Part shown: positions 39,443-49,798 of the stretch, piece after piece
Numbering within the stretch: the first letter of the stretch is position 1
Layout of the letters: the number at the start of each line of letters is the position of its first letter
Assembly: GCA_016934825.1 (NCBI GenBank)
Contig: JAFGSB010000071.1
Span: 23,349-87,348 of the forward strand
From: Candidatus Zhuqueibacterota bacterium
GTDB lineage: Bacteria > Zhuqueibacterota > Zhuqueibacteria > Residuimicrobiales > Krinioviventaceae
Direction: 5' to 3'
Length of the DNA: 64,000 bases
Notes under the pieces: generated by a model
What the model saw: the letters and a program-made list of their open reading frames with translations, nothing else
Told to the model about the DNA's origin: nothing
The model's database searches: none
Position numbers and translations under genes: made by a program

Positions 39443-41170
39443 ATGAAACAGAATAATGATCTTTCCAGACAATTGCTGATTTTATATTGTATTGCATTCG
39501 TGATCTGTTGTACCTTTACCGCGCTGCACTGTAATGAAGACACAGCCGGACTGACCGGATACTGGGAAGGCGAATTTATGCCGGGACAGGGATTTACACT
39601 GGTATTATCCTTTTATCCTGATGAAAATAAAGAGTTGCAGGGGAGTGTGTTTTTGTTTCAGAACACCGCGATTTTACAAAATGATCCGTTAAGCAAAATT
39701 GAACTAATTCACCGTGAATTAACATTCCGGATTGAAGCAAAAAACACGACTTTTAAAGGTTCGATATCGGGTGAAAAGCCGAAAATAGCGGGACATTTCC
39801 TGTTCCCGGATGGTTCGGAACAACCGGTGTCTGTGAATAAAGTGTCAAAACCGTCTATCGGGAATTTTTCACCGGACCCTAAAACCGGATTAACGGCTAA
39901 GGATATTTACCAAAAATACCCAATGCGGCAATTGCAGGAGGATTTTTCCTTTCTTTACGAACAGTTAAAATTATTACATCCCGGATTATACGACTATGTT
40001 TCGAGGGACGAATTTTCCCGGATTGCGGACAGTACGTTTAATTTAATAAACAGGGACATGACAGAGGACGAATTTTTTCGGCTCGTCGCGCCGTTTGTCG
40101 CCGTTGTCAGATGCTGTCATACCACCTTAGAATTATCGGAGGACTTTGAAAAGGCTGTAAAGGTAAAGGAATTATTTATTCCTTTTAAATTGATTTTTCT
40201 ACAGGGGAAAGCCTTTCTTGCTCAAAATTTAACGGGGTACCCTGATATTGTTCGAGGCACAGAAATATTAGCCATAAACGGATTACCGGCAACGGAAATC
40301 AAAAAACGAATGCTGGCAGGGATTCCCTCGGATGGATTTAATATCACTTTTAAGGAATTTTTTATCAATGACGACTTTATTTTATGTTATTCACGGTATA
40401 TCGGTTTTTCAGAAAAATATGCAGTTGAATATGTAAATCAAAACAAACAAATGAAACATATCGTTTTAAATGGGATTGCCCTTAAAAATTCCGGGGTAAA
40501 TGGTCTCAATAATAACCTGCCCGGTCATGAATTACCGGTACAATTTCAGGTTTTAGATAGTTTGAGTACCGGAATTTTAACATTGAAAAGTTTTATAGCT
40601 CCGGATTGGCAGGGATTATTGGAATCATTTGATAATATTTTCACTACGATTAAAAAGGAAAAAGTGCAAAACCTCATTCTTGATCTGCGCGGAAACATCG
40701 GCGGGCATCCGTTTATTGCTTCCCAGCTTTTATCCTATTTGCTTGATACGGAATTTGTTTATTTTGCTCTGCCTGAAGAACGCGGAGAATTCGCGCCGCT
40801 GTATGACCCGATATCCCCGCAAGAAAACCGGTTTTTAGGCAGTTTATACGTTTTGACAGATGGCGGGTGTCTCTCTACAACCGGGCATTTTCTTTCGTTA
40901 TTGAAATATTACAACCGGGGAATTTTTGTAGGCGAAGAAACGGGAGGCACGTTTACCTGTAATGACGGAAGTATACAAATAACATTACCCCATACCGGAA
41001 TTCGGACCAATATTGCCAGAATAACTTTTGCGACTGCGGTACAGGGCTTAGAAAAGGGACACGGGATTTTCCCCGATTTTACGATTAAATCTGAGCCAGA
41101 ACAATTAAATCAAAAAATCGATGCGGAAAAACAATATGTTATTGAACTGATCAAAAAGAAAAATATGTGA
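39443..41170 (+). CDS. S41 family C-terminal processing peptidase-like protein, secreted
   Basis: ILDLRGNIGGHP and catalytic-region context. Start moved to MKQNND, with GGAGG 7 nt upstream. Confidence 0.55.
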   Translation: MKQNNDLSRQLLILYCIAFVICCTFTALHCNEDTAGLTGYWEGEFMPGQGFTLVLSFYPDENKELQGSVFLFQNTAILQNDPLSKIELIHRELTFRIEAKNTTFKGSISGEKPKIAGHFLFPDGSEQPVSVNKVSKPSIGNFSPDPKTGLTAKDIYQKYPMRQLQEDFSFLYEQLKLLHPGLYDYVSRDEFSRIADSTFNLINRDMTEDEFFRLVAPFVAVVRCCHTTLELSEDFEKAVKVKELFIPFKLIFLQGKAFLAQNLTGYPDIVRGTEILAINGLPATEIKKRMLAGIPSDGFNITFKEFFINDDFILCYSRYIGFSEKYAVEYVNQNKQMKHIVLNGIALKNSGVNGLNNNLPGHELPVQFQVLDSLSTGILTLKSFIAPDWQGLLESFDNIFTTIKKEKVQNLILDLRGNIGGHPFIASQLLSYLLDTEFVYFALPEERGEFAPLYDPISPQENRFLGSLYVLTDGGCLSTTGHFLSLLKYYNRGIFVGEETGGTFTCNDGSIQITLPHTGIRTNIARITFATAVQGLEKGHGIFPDFTIKSEPEQLNQKIDAEKQYVIELIKKKNM

Positions 41171-41238
41171 ATTATTTTTTGTTTTGTAATTTAACTTTTT
41201 TGTATATTTATATTATGGTTTAAGATGGCAGGTAGAAA

Positions 41239-44200
41239 ATGTTTAAAAAGTGGTTTATAACATTTGTATTATTTGTCTTGATCGGTCAATTCACATTTGC
41301 TGTAATTCCCGAACCGATTCCAAAAATTGATACATCGTTCAGACAGGAACTGGCGCGCGCGAAAGAGAAAAAAGCCAAACAAATATTGTCCCTGAGAAAA
41401 GAGCTTGTACCCTCAGAGAGTTCCTGGAATGTGATCTATTATTCCCTGCATATGACCCCTGATACTGAAACAGAAATTTTATACGGGGAGGTGGAAATTG
41501 TTGGAATAGTCGAAACCACTCCATTATCCATGATCGGCTTGAATTGCTGGGCCGGTTTGAATATTGTTTCGGTCACATCGGGGAATAATCCTGAATTGAA
41601 TTTGAATTACAAGAAAAAAGCCATTTTTGATACGATATTAATCGATTTGGAGAGGGAATATACGCAGGGGGAACAAATCAGTATTATTATAACCTATAAC
41701 GGAAAGCCCCAGGAATCAGACTATTATGCATTTGATTTTTCCAATCACGGACAGCAACCCATGATCTGGACATTGAGCGAGCCCTTTGGCGCCCGAAGCT
41801 GGTGGCCATGTAAAGATGTACCGTCCGACAAGGCGGATTCTGTTGATATTCGTATTACCGTGCCCAATCAATTTATCGCCGTTTCCAACGGTTCGTTACG
41901 GGAAAAAACAACCAATTGTGAGTTGACGACATGGTGGTGGCATGAACAGTATCCGACGGCAACCTACCTTGTATCCCTGGCAATTTATCCCTACGAAGTA
42001 CATTATGACAATTACCTGTATAACAACAATGCCGATACGATGAAGATCCATTTTTATAATTTCCCCGGATATTATAAAAAATTTGAAAATGAAAATAGAA
42101 AAGTAAAGCATATGATTGCCCTGTTTTCGAAAATGTTTGGTGAATACCCTTTTATAGAGGAAAAATACGGGCAGGCGGATTTTTTAGGCGGCGGCGCCAT
42201 GGAACATCAGACATGTTCCTCCTTTGCTTTCTGGGGTGAAATCGTGTTTGCCCATGAGTTGGCGCACCAGTGGTGGGGAGACCTGATCACCTGCGATGAT
42301 TTCCATCATATCTGGTTAAATGAGGGTTTTGCAACATATTGTGAGGCTTTATGGTATGAAGGATTTTATGACGGCAAGACCGCAAGCGAGTATCAAATGG
42401 GAGGAAATTTATATCTTGGCCGGGGCACCATTTATGTTGAAGACCCGGAAAATGATGTGATATTTCACGGCGGATTGAGTTATTCAAAAGGTTCGTGGGT
42501 GCTGCACATGCTCAGGCATGTTATGGGAGACAGCGTATTTTTTGATATCTTGAAAACATATTATTCTTCCAAACATCAATACGGATCGGCAACGACCGAG
42601 GATTTTCAGGCGATATGCGAACAGGTCTCCGGGAAAAATCTAACGAATTTTTTCCGGCAGTGGATCTATGACGAGTGGCATCCGGAATATTATTTTAGCT
42701 GGAACTGGGAAGACCTAAAAAACGGACAATTCAAAGTATTTGGGCATATTAAACAGGTTCAAAAAACAGGGCCAGTGTTTGAAATGCCGCTGGATATAAC
42801 CATTCAAACAAATATGGGTGATACGACTTTAGTATTGTTCAATAACGAAAGGGTCCAAACATTTGAGTGTATTGTTAACGCTAAACCGAAACTTGTTATA
42901 CTGGATAAAGACAACTGGATACTGAAGGAGGTATCGGGAATTAATACACCGGTTTATTCTTTAAATAATTATTATATAGATGATACAAATGGGAACAATA
43001 ACCAGCGTGCGGATGCGGAAGAAAAGGTGACCCTGACCGTGGAATTGCTTAATACCGGTGTAAACGTGACAAACGTTGAACTTGAATTGTTTTCTTATGA
43101 TCCGGACATAACTATACTGCAAAATAAAAGCCATATTGATCAAATTTATAAAGATGAAGCGGTGTCGAATCAAACGACTCCCTTTGAGTTCAGTGTATCA
43201 GCAAACGTCGTGACGCATTTTTCTGAATTTATTTTGCAGATAAAATCAGCGGACGGATTATCAGATTCAGTCAATATTATAATCCCGATCAATATTCCGG
43301 TTATTATGTTTGTAGATGATGATGCGGGTGATAGTTATGAAAAATACATTTGTACTGTTTTGGATAATAATGATATCCCTTACAATTATTGGGATCTGCA
43401 AGCCGCCGGATTGCCGGATTTATCTAACGAACCCATTGTGTTCTGGTCTACCGGAGACGACCGGGACAGTACCCTGACATCGGTTGAACAGTCACTGCTT
43501 GCCCGGTTTCTTGATAACGGAGGCCGGTTATTATTGACCGGACAAAATATCGGATACGACCTGACAACTGACGGTACCGAATCCGACTCTTTGTTTTATC
43601 ACAATTATTTACACGCAACTTTTATAAAGGATAATCTGGAAAGTTCTATAGTACTGGGGGTCAGGGATGATCCGATTGGGGACCGCCTGGTGCTTTATTT
43701 TGACAAACCCCCGTTAGGAGCCGGGAACCAAAAATCAGTTGATGTTATCACCCCTTTAGAACCGGCTGTTACATTTCTTCAGTATTACGGATCGGAAGGA
43801 AGCGCGGGAATTTATAATCATAACGAAATGAACGATTCACGGCTTGTTTATCTGGCATTTGGCCTGGAGGGTATCTCCAAGATTACAAGTAAGAATGGCC
43901 CGGGTATGAATGAAATGATGGTTCGAATCATAGAATGGTTTTCAAAACCGTCGGATATATCAGCAATCACGACCACGGATAATTTACCTGCCGAATATAA
44001 CCTGTATCCCAATTATCCCAACCCGTTCAATCCCGAAACCCGGATAAAATTCGACATTCCCCGGCGCGATTTTGTTACATTAAAAATATACGACATACTG
44101 GGCCGCGAGGTGACCACACTGATGCAGGAAATAAAGGCCCCCGGTTCCTATACGCTTAGCTGGAATGCGAGTGACCGAGCGGGTGTCAGGGTGCCCAGCG

Positions 44201-44268
44201 GAATTTATTTATATAAAATAACTACCGGGAATTTTACAGCAAACCGTAAAATGCTTTTGCTGCGATAA
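41239..44268 (+). CDS. M1 family zinc aminopeptidase with large C-terminal extension and T9SS sorting domain
   Basis: GAMEHQ exopeptidase motif, HELAHQWWGD...WLNEGFATY zincin motif, and C-terminal NYPNPFNPETRIKF...YLYKITTGNFTANRKMLLLR*. Confidence 0.85.
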   Translation: MFKKWFITFVLFVLIGQFTFAVIPEPIPKIDTSFRQELARAKEKKAKQILSLRKELVPSESSWNVIYYSLHMTPDTETEILYGEVEIVGIVETTPLSMIGLNCWAGLNIVSVTSGNNPELNLNYKKKAIFDTILIDLEREYTQGEQISIIITYNGKPQESDYYAFDFSNHGQQPMIWTLSEPFGARSWWPCKDVPSDKADSVDIRITVPNQFIAVSNGSLREKTTNCELTTWWWHEQYPTATYLVSLAIYPYEVHYDNYLYNNNADTMKIHFYNFPGYYKKFENENRKVKHMIALFSKMFGEYPFIEEKYGQADFLGGGAMEHQTCSSFAFWGEIVFAHELAHQWWGDLITCDDFHHIWLNEGFATYCEALWYEGFYDGKTASEYQMGGNLYLGRGTIYVEDPENDVIFHGGLSYSKGSWVLHMLRHVMGDSVFFDILKTYYSSKHQYGSATTEDFQAICEQVSGKNLTNFFRQWIYDEWHPEYYFSWNWEDLKNGQFKVFGHIKQVQKTGPVFEMPLDITIQTNMGDTTLVLFNNERVQTFECIVNAKPKLVILDKDNWILKEVSGINTPVYSLNNYYIDDTNGNNNQRADAEEKVTLTVELLNTGVNVTNVELELFSYDPDITILQNKSHIDQIYKDEAVSNQTTPFEFSVSANVVTHFSEFILQIKSADGLSDSVNIIIPINIPVIMFVDDDAGDSYEKYICTVLDNNDIPYNYWDLQAAGLPDLSNEPIVFWSTGDDRDSTLTSVEQSLLARFLDNGGRLLLTGQNIGYDLTTDGTESDSLFYHNYLHATFIKDNLESSIVLGVRDDPIGDRLVLYFDKPPLGAGNQKSVDVITPLEPAVTFLQYYGSEGSAGIYNHNEMNDSRLVYLAFGLEGISKITSKNGPGMNEMMVRIIEWFSKPSDISAITTTDNLPAEYNLYPNYPNPFNPETRIKFDIPRRDFVTLKIYDILGREVTTLMQEIKAPGSYTLSWNASDRAGVRVPSGIYLYKITTGNFTANRKMLLLR

Positions 44269-44478
44269 TGAATGCTCGGGGGATTCTTGTTCGGATTTTA
44301 GCCTTGTTTAAGTGTTAAAATTTAACAAACCGCGCCGGTTTTGATCTTTTCTTGACGGCAACATTAAGATTTTTCATTTCCCCTTTCTTATTTTCCTTGA
44401 TATTTATTGTAAATTGAATTATTATACTATGTTATGCATTGTGGATATTGAATGTCTCGAATATTTTGGTTCTGGAAT

Positions 44479-46389
44479 ATGGAGTTAAAAATAAATCGTA
44501 CATTTTTGACATTGTTATTGGTAGTATGCCTCAGTCTGAATGTTCTTTCTATTGCTCAACCGGGCGGACGGTCGCCGGAATACGAACAAGTGCAGCAGAG
44601 TCTCGCATCCGGGTGGAACACCTGGAATATGCACAGTGTACTGTCTCACGTTTTGTTGCCTGAAGGCCTGACAATCAATCTGAGTTTTGAAGAAAATACC
44701 GGAACGAGCGATAAATATTTGCGTTATGCCCTGATCGGCACAAACCAGGAAAACGGCTGTAGTATTAAACCGGGTCCGCATACCGGTGACGGCAGTTACA
44801 CGGAACTGCAGCTTTCATGGAGAACTGTTAACGTCAGGGTACAGTCCGCGACAACCGAAGAGGGCGACCTGGTTTTACTCATTACCCCGCTGAATACCGC
44901 GCAGAATCCACCAGTGCTTGTTGCCGAAACCGGGATCATACGGGACCGGTCGGGACATGTGGAATACGATAACAATTCAATCAAAGCAGTTTTTTCGGAT
45001 ACGACAATAAATATTTTTTATGCCGGAGAACCGTTCCAGAATCCCAATATACCGGTTATATCGCCTTTTCTTGCAATGACAATAAATTCGCCGGTTGGTA
45101 TATCGACCGGTAAACGGCGCACAACTGGTGAAATTTCCGTAATTATAGAAAGGCAGCGTCAAACCTATGAAATGCGGGTGAGCGGTTACGGAGACCTGGC
45201 GGATGTGTACGCCGCAATGCAGACCGTAATGGGCTGGAATACGATTTATGATCCGCAAAATAACAGGGTGCTGACATCCGTCAGCCGGACCCGAACCGGG
45301 GAAGGCGGGGCCCTGTTTCGCTGGGACACGTTTTTTGCCGCTTATCTGGCGGCTTTGGACAACAGGAACCTGGCTTATGCCAACGTCCGGGAAATAATGA
45401 ATGAAATAACCGAAAAAGGATTTATCCCCAACATGTCCCGGGGAAACGGGCGAGCCAGTATGGACCGCTCTCTCCCGCCGATAGGTTCCATAACGGTATG
45501 GGATATTTACCGGAAATATCAGGAAAAATGGTTTTTACAGGAACTGTTTGAGGACCTGTTTGCCTGGAACCGATGGTGGGATATTTACAGGAATTATGAC
45601 GGGTTGTTGTGCTGGGGGTCAAATCCTTACGAAGATACCCGGAACGAAACCGTGCAGGGCACTACACAGGCGGCGGCTATGGAATCCGGTTTGGATAATT
45701 CACCGATGTACGAAAACATCCCTTATAATGATACACTCCAGATGATGGAATTGTGGGACGTCGGCTTGAACAGTTTATATATTGCGGATTGTAACGCACT
45801 TGCCGAAATCGCCAAAGTACTTGAGCGGGATTCCGAGGCAAAAGAACTGCTTAACCGGGCCTCAAAGTATACAAAAAATATGGAAAGGCTGTGGGACAAG
45901 GAAAGCGGTTTGTACCTTAATGTCCGGACCGATTCGTTGATTGCGGATAAAAGGTTGTCTCCTACACATTTTTATCCATTTCTGGCCAAAGTACCGTCGG
46001 AAAAACAGGCCCAAACTATGATCGACGATCATTTGTATAATAAGGATGAATTTTGGGGCGACTGGGTATTGCCTTCTATTCCCCGAAACGATTCCACATC
46101 TGCCGGCAAAGATAACCTGCGTGGGCCCATCCTGGCGCCGCTGAATTTTCTTGTTTATCTGGGTCTGCGGAATTATGATCTGCCGCAGGTCAGGAAAGAT
46201 TTGTCTGAAAAAGCCAAACAATTGCTTCTTAAGGAATGGCAGGCGAACGGGTATGTTTGCGAGAATTATAACGCCGTCACCGGCGAATGTACCGATACTA
46301 TTGACAACGACCGATATTACACCTGGGGCGGGTTACTGGGCCTTATTGTCATGATCGAAGACGGTTATTTTGACAGAATGGGCAAATAA
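44479..46389 (+). CDS. Six-hairpin glycosidase-like secreted protein (GH63/GH37-like)
   Basis: Signal peptide. C-terminal ENYNAVTGE...YTWGG motifs typical of trehalase/GH63-type (alpha/alpha)6 enzymes. Family assignment is tentative. Confidence 0.5.
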   Translation: MELKINRTFLTLLLVVCLSLNVLSIAQPGGRSPEYEQVQQSLASGWNTWNMHSVLSHVLLPEGLTINLSFEENTGTSDKYLRYALIGTNQENGCSIKPGPHTGDGSYTELQLSWRTVNVRVQSATTEEGDLVLLITPLNTAQNPPVLVAETGIIRDRSGHVEYDNNSIKAVFSDTTINIFYAGEPFQNPNIPVISPFLAMTINSPVGISTGKRRTTGEISVIIERQRQTYEMRVSGYGDLADVYAAMQTVMGWNTIYDPQNNRVLTSVSRTRTGEGGALFRWDTFFAAYLAALDNRNLAYANVREIMNEITEKGFIPNMSRGNGRASMDRSLPPIGSITVWDIYRKYQEKWFLQELFEDLFAWNRWWDIYRNYDGLLCWGSNPYEDTRNETVQGTTQAAAMESGLDNSPMYENIPYNDTLQMMELWDVGLNSLYIADCNALAEIAKVLERDSEAKELLNRASKYTKNMERLWDKESGLYLNVRTDSLIADKRLSPTHFYPFLAKVPSEKQAQTMIDDHLYNKDEFWGDWVLPSIPRNDSTSAGKDNLRGPILAPLNFLVYLGLRNYDLPQVRKDLSEKAKQLLLKEWQANGYVCENYNAVTGECTDTIDNDRYYTWGGLLGLIVMIEDGYFDRMGK

Positions 46390-46615
46390 AGAAATAGTCG
46401 TTTTATATCAATACCGTACGTTAAAATCCGAATACCGGAGATGTTAAACGTAAAAAATGAAAAGCTTCCATTGCTCACCGCTTTTAGAGATATTGAAATT
46501 TTTATATGTAATCATCAGGGATTATGTAATTAAAAACTATGTAAACAAATATGTTGTATTGGACGTCAAATAGGGGAGATAGGCCTGAATCTCTCTGCAA
46601 AACTTGGAATAATGA

Positions 46616-47185
46616 ATGCCGGATAATGATAATCGTCTCATTATAAAAGCCCGGAAGGGTGACAAGACCGCTTTTGGCAGATTGGTGAAAAAATATCAGC
46701 AAAAAGTACTTTATCTGGCTTATGATATGGTTGGCGATTATGATGAGGCCAAAGATATTGCTCAGGAAGTTTTTATCCGCGCTTATACGAAATTGGATCA
46801 ATTCGAAAAAAGGGCCCGGTTTTCAACATGGTTGTACAGGATAACGGTAAATCTGGCGCTTGATATTTATCGGAAAAAGAAAAGGTACCCTTTAAAACCG
46901 CTTGAAACAAGTTTGAAGGAAATCGAAAGCCATAGTCAGGAAAATGAGAGTGTTTCCGCGAAATCAGATAGAGCGGTTGAAATTGATGAAATGCAGGTCA
47001 GGTTGAATGACGCTTTGGATGAATTAACGGAACATCAGAAAACGGCAACCATTTTAAAATATTTTCATCAAAAATCATCCAAAGAAATTGCGGCAATTCT
47101 GGGCTGTTCGGAAAGTACGGCGAGAATTCATATCCATCGGGCATTAGGGAATCTAAAAAAGGTTTTGCAGAAAGAAGAGTTTTAA
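46616..47185 (+). CDS. ECF (sigma-70 group 4) RNA polymerase sigma factor
   Basis: Region 2 (DIAQEVFIRAYTKLDQF) and region 4 (ILGCSESTARIHIHRALGNLKK). Confidence 0.85.
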   Translation: MPDNDNRLIIKARKGDKTAFGRLVKKYQQKVLYLAYDMVGDYDEAKDIAQEVFIRAYTKLDQFEKRARFSTWLYRITVNLALDIYRKKKRYPLKPLETSLKEIESHSQENESVSAKSDRAVEIDEMQVRLNDALDELTEHQKTATILKYFHQKSSKEIAAILGCSESTARIHIHRALGNLKKVLQKEEF

Positions 47186-47202
47186 CAAGATAAAGAGGCA
47201 AT

Positions 47203-47982
47203 ATGAAAAAGTGTAAATACCAAAATATCCTTGTTGAATATCTGGACGGTTCATCGGACCCGGGCAAAGAAGAAATAGAAAAACATCTCCGCGAGTGTCC
47301 TGTCTGTTCTGCGCAGATTGCCGGGCTGCGAAAGACGCAACAACTACTGCAAAACCGTCGGCGTCCGGATCCGTCCCTTGAACTTTTATATCAATATCAA
47401 ACAAACCTGGAAAAGCTTTTTCCGGTCAAAACCCGCTTTACGTTATTCAGGGAATGGATGGTGCAGTCATGGCAAAATATTCGGGATTTGAATCCGGCCG
47501 CACTGAGAATGGCAACCGCCGCTGTTCTGATCCTGATCGGCGTTTTTATCGGGCGGCTGATCTTTTATCATCCTGCAACTGATGTTTTAAATTACCGGGG
47601 GGCGGACCTGGTCGTGATCAAACTTCAGCCGGAAGATTTGAAACTGGTCAATGATTATTTTGTGCAATCGGAAATTTTACTGCTTGCCGTTAAAAATACG
47701 TCCGATCAGGGCGGTGCGTTACCGTCCGAATTGATCCTGGATAAAAAACTGGCCCAGGACCTTTTGAATAAAACTTTGCTTATTCAGGAGAAAACGGCCC
47801 GGTTGAATGATGAGTCATTATCGGTTTTTCTTAACCAGATTGAATTTTTACTGCTGGAAATATCGAATACCGATGACCGGGAGATTATCGACGTTTTCAA
47901 ACAGATCAGGCAGGTTGTAAATGCCGCGGGATTACTATATGAATCGAAAAATTTCCAGCAAATGTTTCGGGAAATGATTTAG
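47203..47982 (+). CDS. Anti-sigma factor (zf-HC2-like N-terminus, single TM)
   Basis: HLRECPVCSAQIAGL zinc-finger motif, a TM helix at AAVLILIGVFIGRLIF, and a position directly after the ECF gene. Confidence 0.6.
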   Translation: MKKCKYQNILVEYLDGSSDPGKEEIEKHLRECPVCSAQIAGLRKTQQLLQNRRRPDPSLELLYQYQTNLEKLFPVKTRFTLFREWMVQSWQNIRDLNPAALRMATAAVLILIGVFIGRLIFYHPATDVLNYRGADLVVIKLQPEDLKLVNDYFVQSEILLLAVKNTSDQGGALPSELILDKKLAQDLLNKTLLIQEKTARLNDESLSVFLNQIEFLLLEISNTDDREIIDVFKQIRQVVNAAGLLYESKNFQQMFREMI

Positions 47983-48124
47983 GATGCTGAATTGAAAAAT
48001 TATGGAGGAAATTTATGACAGGTTATTACAATCATATATAAAATATTTCCTTTGAGATTTTTATAAAAGTATAATTGATGACAGAGAAAAATTCAAAAAC
48101 CGCAGAAAAGTTTGAGGTCAAATA

Positions 48125-49693
48125 ATGAATAAACGACCTTTTATATTATTTTTTATTTTGCTAATTATTCAAAATTGTTATTCCGAGACAGATGATTCCG
48201 AGGCCCAAAAAATTTATCTTGTCGCCAAAAAGAATACAATTGATCAGAATTGGGATTCCGCGGTACAGATGTTCAACAAAGTGATTCATGAATACCCGGA
48301 ATGTAAGTACGTTGACGAATCACAATTCTGGATTGGTTATTGTTACGAAAAGAAACCGGGTTTTCTGAAACAGGCATTTGAAGCCTATGCCCTTGTGGGT
48401 TTATCCTCTCAAAGCGCCTGGTCGGACGATGCCCGGCTGCGTCGGGTTTTTATTGCGGAAACACTGATACAGGAAGATGAAAAGTATAAAAAGTATCTGC
48501 TCAAACAACTTACAAGCTCAAACATTCAAATCAAACAACTTGCCGCTATTGCCCTCGCGAGAACAGGAGACACCAGGGCGTTACCGGTTCTCAGGGACAT
48601 CCCTGAAGAGGAAGACCTCTATAATGAAGCCCGGCAATTTATCCGCGAGTTGGAGAAAAAACCGAAATCCGGAGAGATAGATAAAATTGAGAGAAATACG
48701 TCTTCAGATATGAGTCTGACGCAAACGACCCCGTTCAGTGACCTCGAATTAGGTCCGGATGGGAAAAAGATCAATTATTTTGCAGAGAAAAGCCTGCAAC
48801 AATATCAAAGCCTCGTCCGTACAGATGATAATTGGAGCGATAACGAATTGATCGATTTTGGATTGTGGCATACTTTGCGAACGGATTTGTTTGACACTTA
48901 TATGCAAATGAAGGGGGAATCCAAGCAGCGGTTTTTACGTCGCCTGTGGTTAACCAACGACCCGACGCCCACCACGGACGTCAATGAAGCCAAAATTGAA
49001 TTTGAAAGAAGGGTCTATTATTCCAGGGAACATTTTTCCTATTTTGATAATCTTGAAGGGCACTTTTACGCCCCCTGGGACGCCCGGGGTGAGATATATA
49101 TTAAATACGGGGAACCCCATTCCAAAAGTGTAAAGAATTATGACGAGATATGGTATTATCCGCAATATGATTATTTACAATTTTATATACGAACCAAAGT
49201 GACGAATATTTTCGGCAGGGCGATTTTTTTGCAGCGATATATGAGTTCGCGTTTAAGAGGAACGCCCCAAAATAAAAAGGCCGTATATGATGTCGTCTAT
49301 ACGCCCAAATTTGTATATCATTATGACTATGGCAAAAAAATGATTAAAAATTTCAGGGCATTTGTTGAACAAACAGATAATAAAATAATTTTAAAATATG
49401 AAATGCCGGCCAAAGAATTCAAAATAATGAAAGACAGCCGGTTTTATATTGATTATATGCTAAACTATGCCGTGTACAATAAAGATTATTATAAAATCAT
49501 TTCAAATACACAACAAAAAAGAATTTCGGAATTATCAAAAGATGATTTAAAAAAGAAACTGATCAGCGAATCGATTGAACTGAATCTAACGCCGGGAGAA
49601 TATTTTATCGGTTTGACTGTCGAAGGCGATAATTCGAACAATATTGCAATCTATAAAAAAAATATTAACGGAGAAAATTATTTGGAACAATAA
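48125..49693 (+). CDS. Secreted TPR (YbgF-like) / HEAT-repeat / GWxTD-domain protein
   Basis: YbgF-like TPR (IHEYPECKYVDESQFWIGYCY), HEAT (AAIALARTGDTRALPVLRDI), and GWxTD-like motifs (RLWLTNDPTPTTDVNE...APWDARGEIYIKYGEP). Confidence 0.5.
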   Translation: MNKRPFILFFILLIIQNCYSETDDSEAQKIYLVAKKNTIDQNWDSAVQMFNKVIHEYPECKYVDESQFWIGYCYEKKPGFLKQAFEAYALVGLSSQSAWSDDARLRRVFIAETLIQEDEKYKKYLLKQLTSSNIQIKQLAAIALARTGDTRALPVLRDIPEEEDLYNEARQFIRELEKKPKSGEIDKIERNTSSDMSLTQTTPFSDLELGPDGKKINYFAEKSLQQYQSLVRTDDNWSDNELIDFGLWHTLRTDLFDTYMQMKGESKQRFLRRLWLTNDPTPTTDVNEAKIEFERRVYYSREHFSYFDNLEGHFYAPWDARGEIYIKYGEPHSKSVKNYDEIWYYPQYDYLQFYIRTKVTNIFGRAIFLQRYMSSRLRGTPQNKKAVYDVVYTPKFVYHYDYGKKMIKNFRAFVEQTDNKIILKYEMPAKEFKIMKDSRFYIDYMLNYAVYNKDYYKIISNTQQKRISELSKDDLKKKLISESIELNLTPGEYFIGLTVEGDNSNNIAIYKKNINGENYLEQ

Positions 49694-49761
49694 TATAAAG
49701 TAATAGTTCTATAATTAGACCATATACATTGCGCTGGTATTGGTTGAATGACTCTCCTTCC

Positions 49762-49798
49762 AAAAGTCCCACATTAATTATAATGTGGGACTTTTTTT
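49762..49798. terminator. Bidirectional intrinsic terminator (12-bp stem AGTCCCACATTA/TAATGTGGGACT flanked by an A-run and T7)
   Basis: Lies between convergent genes. The stop codon of the minus-strand gene sits inside the stem. Confidence 0.65.
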
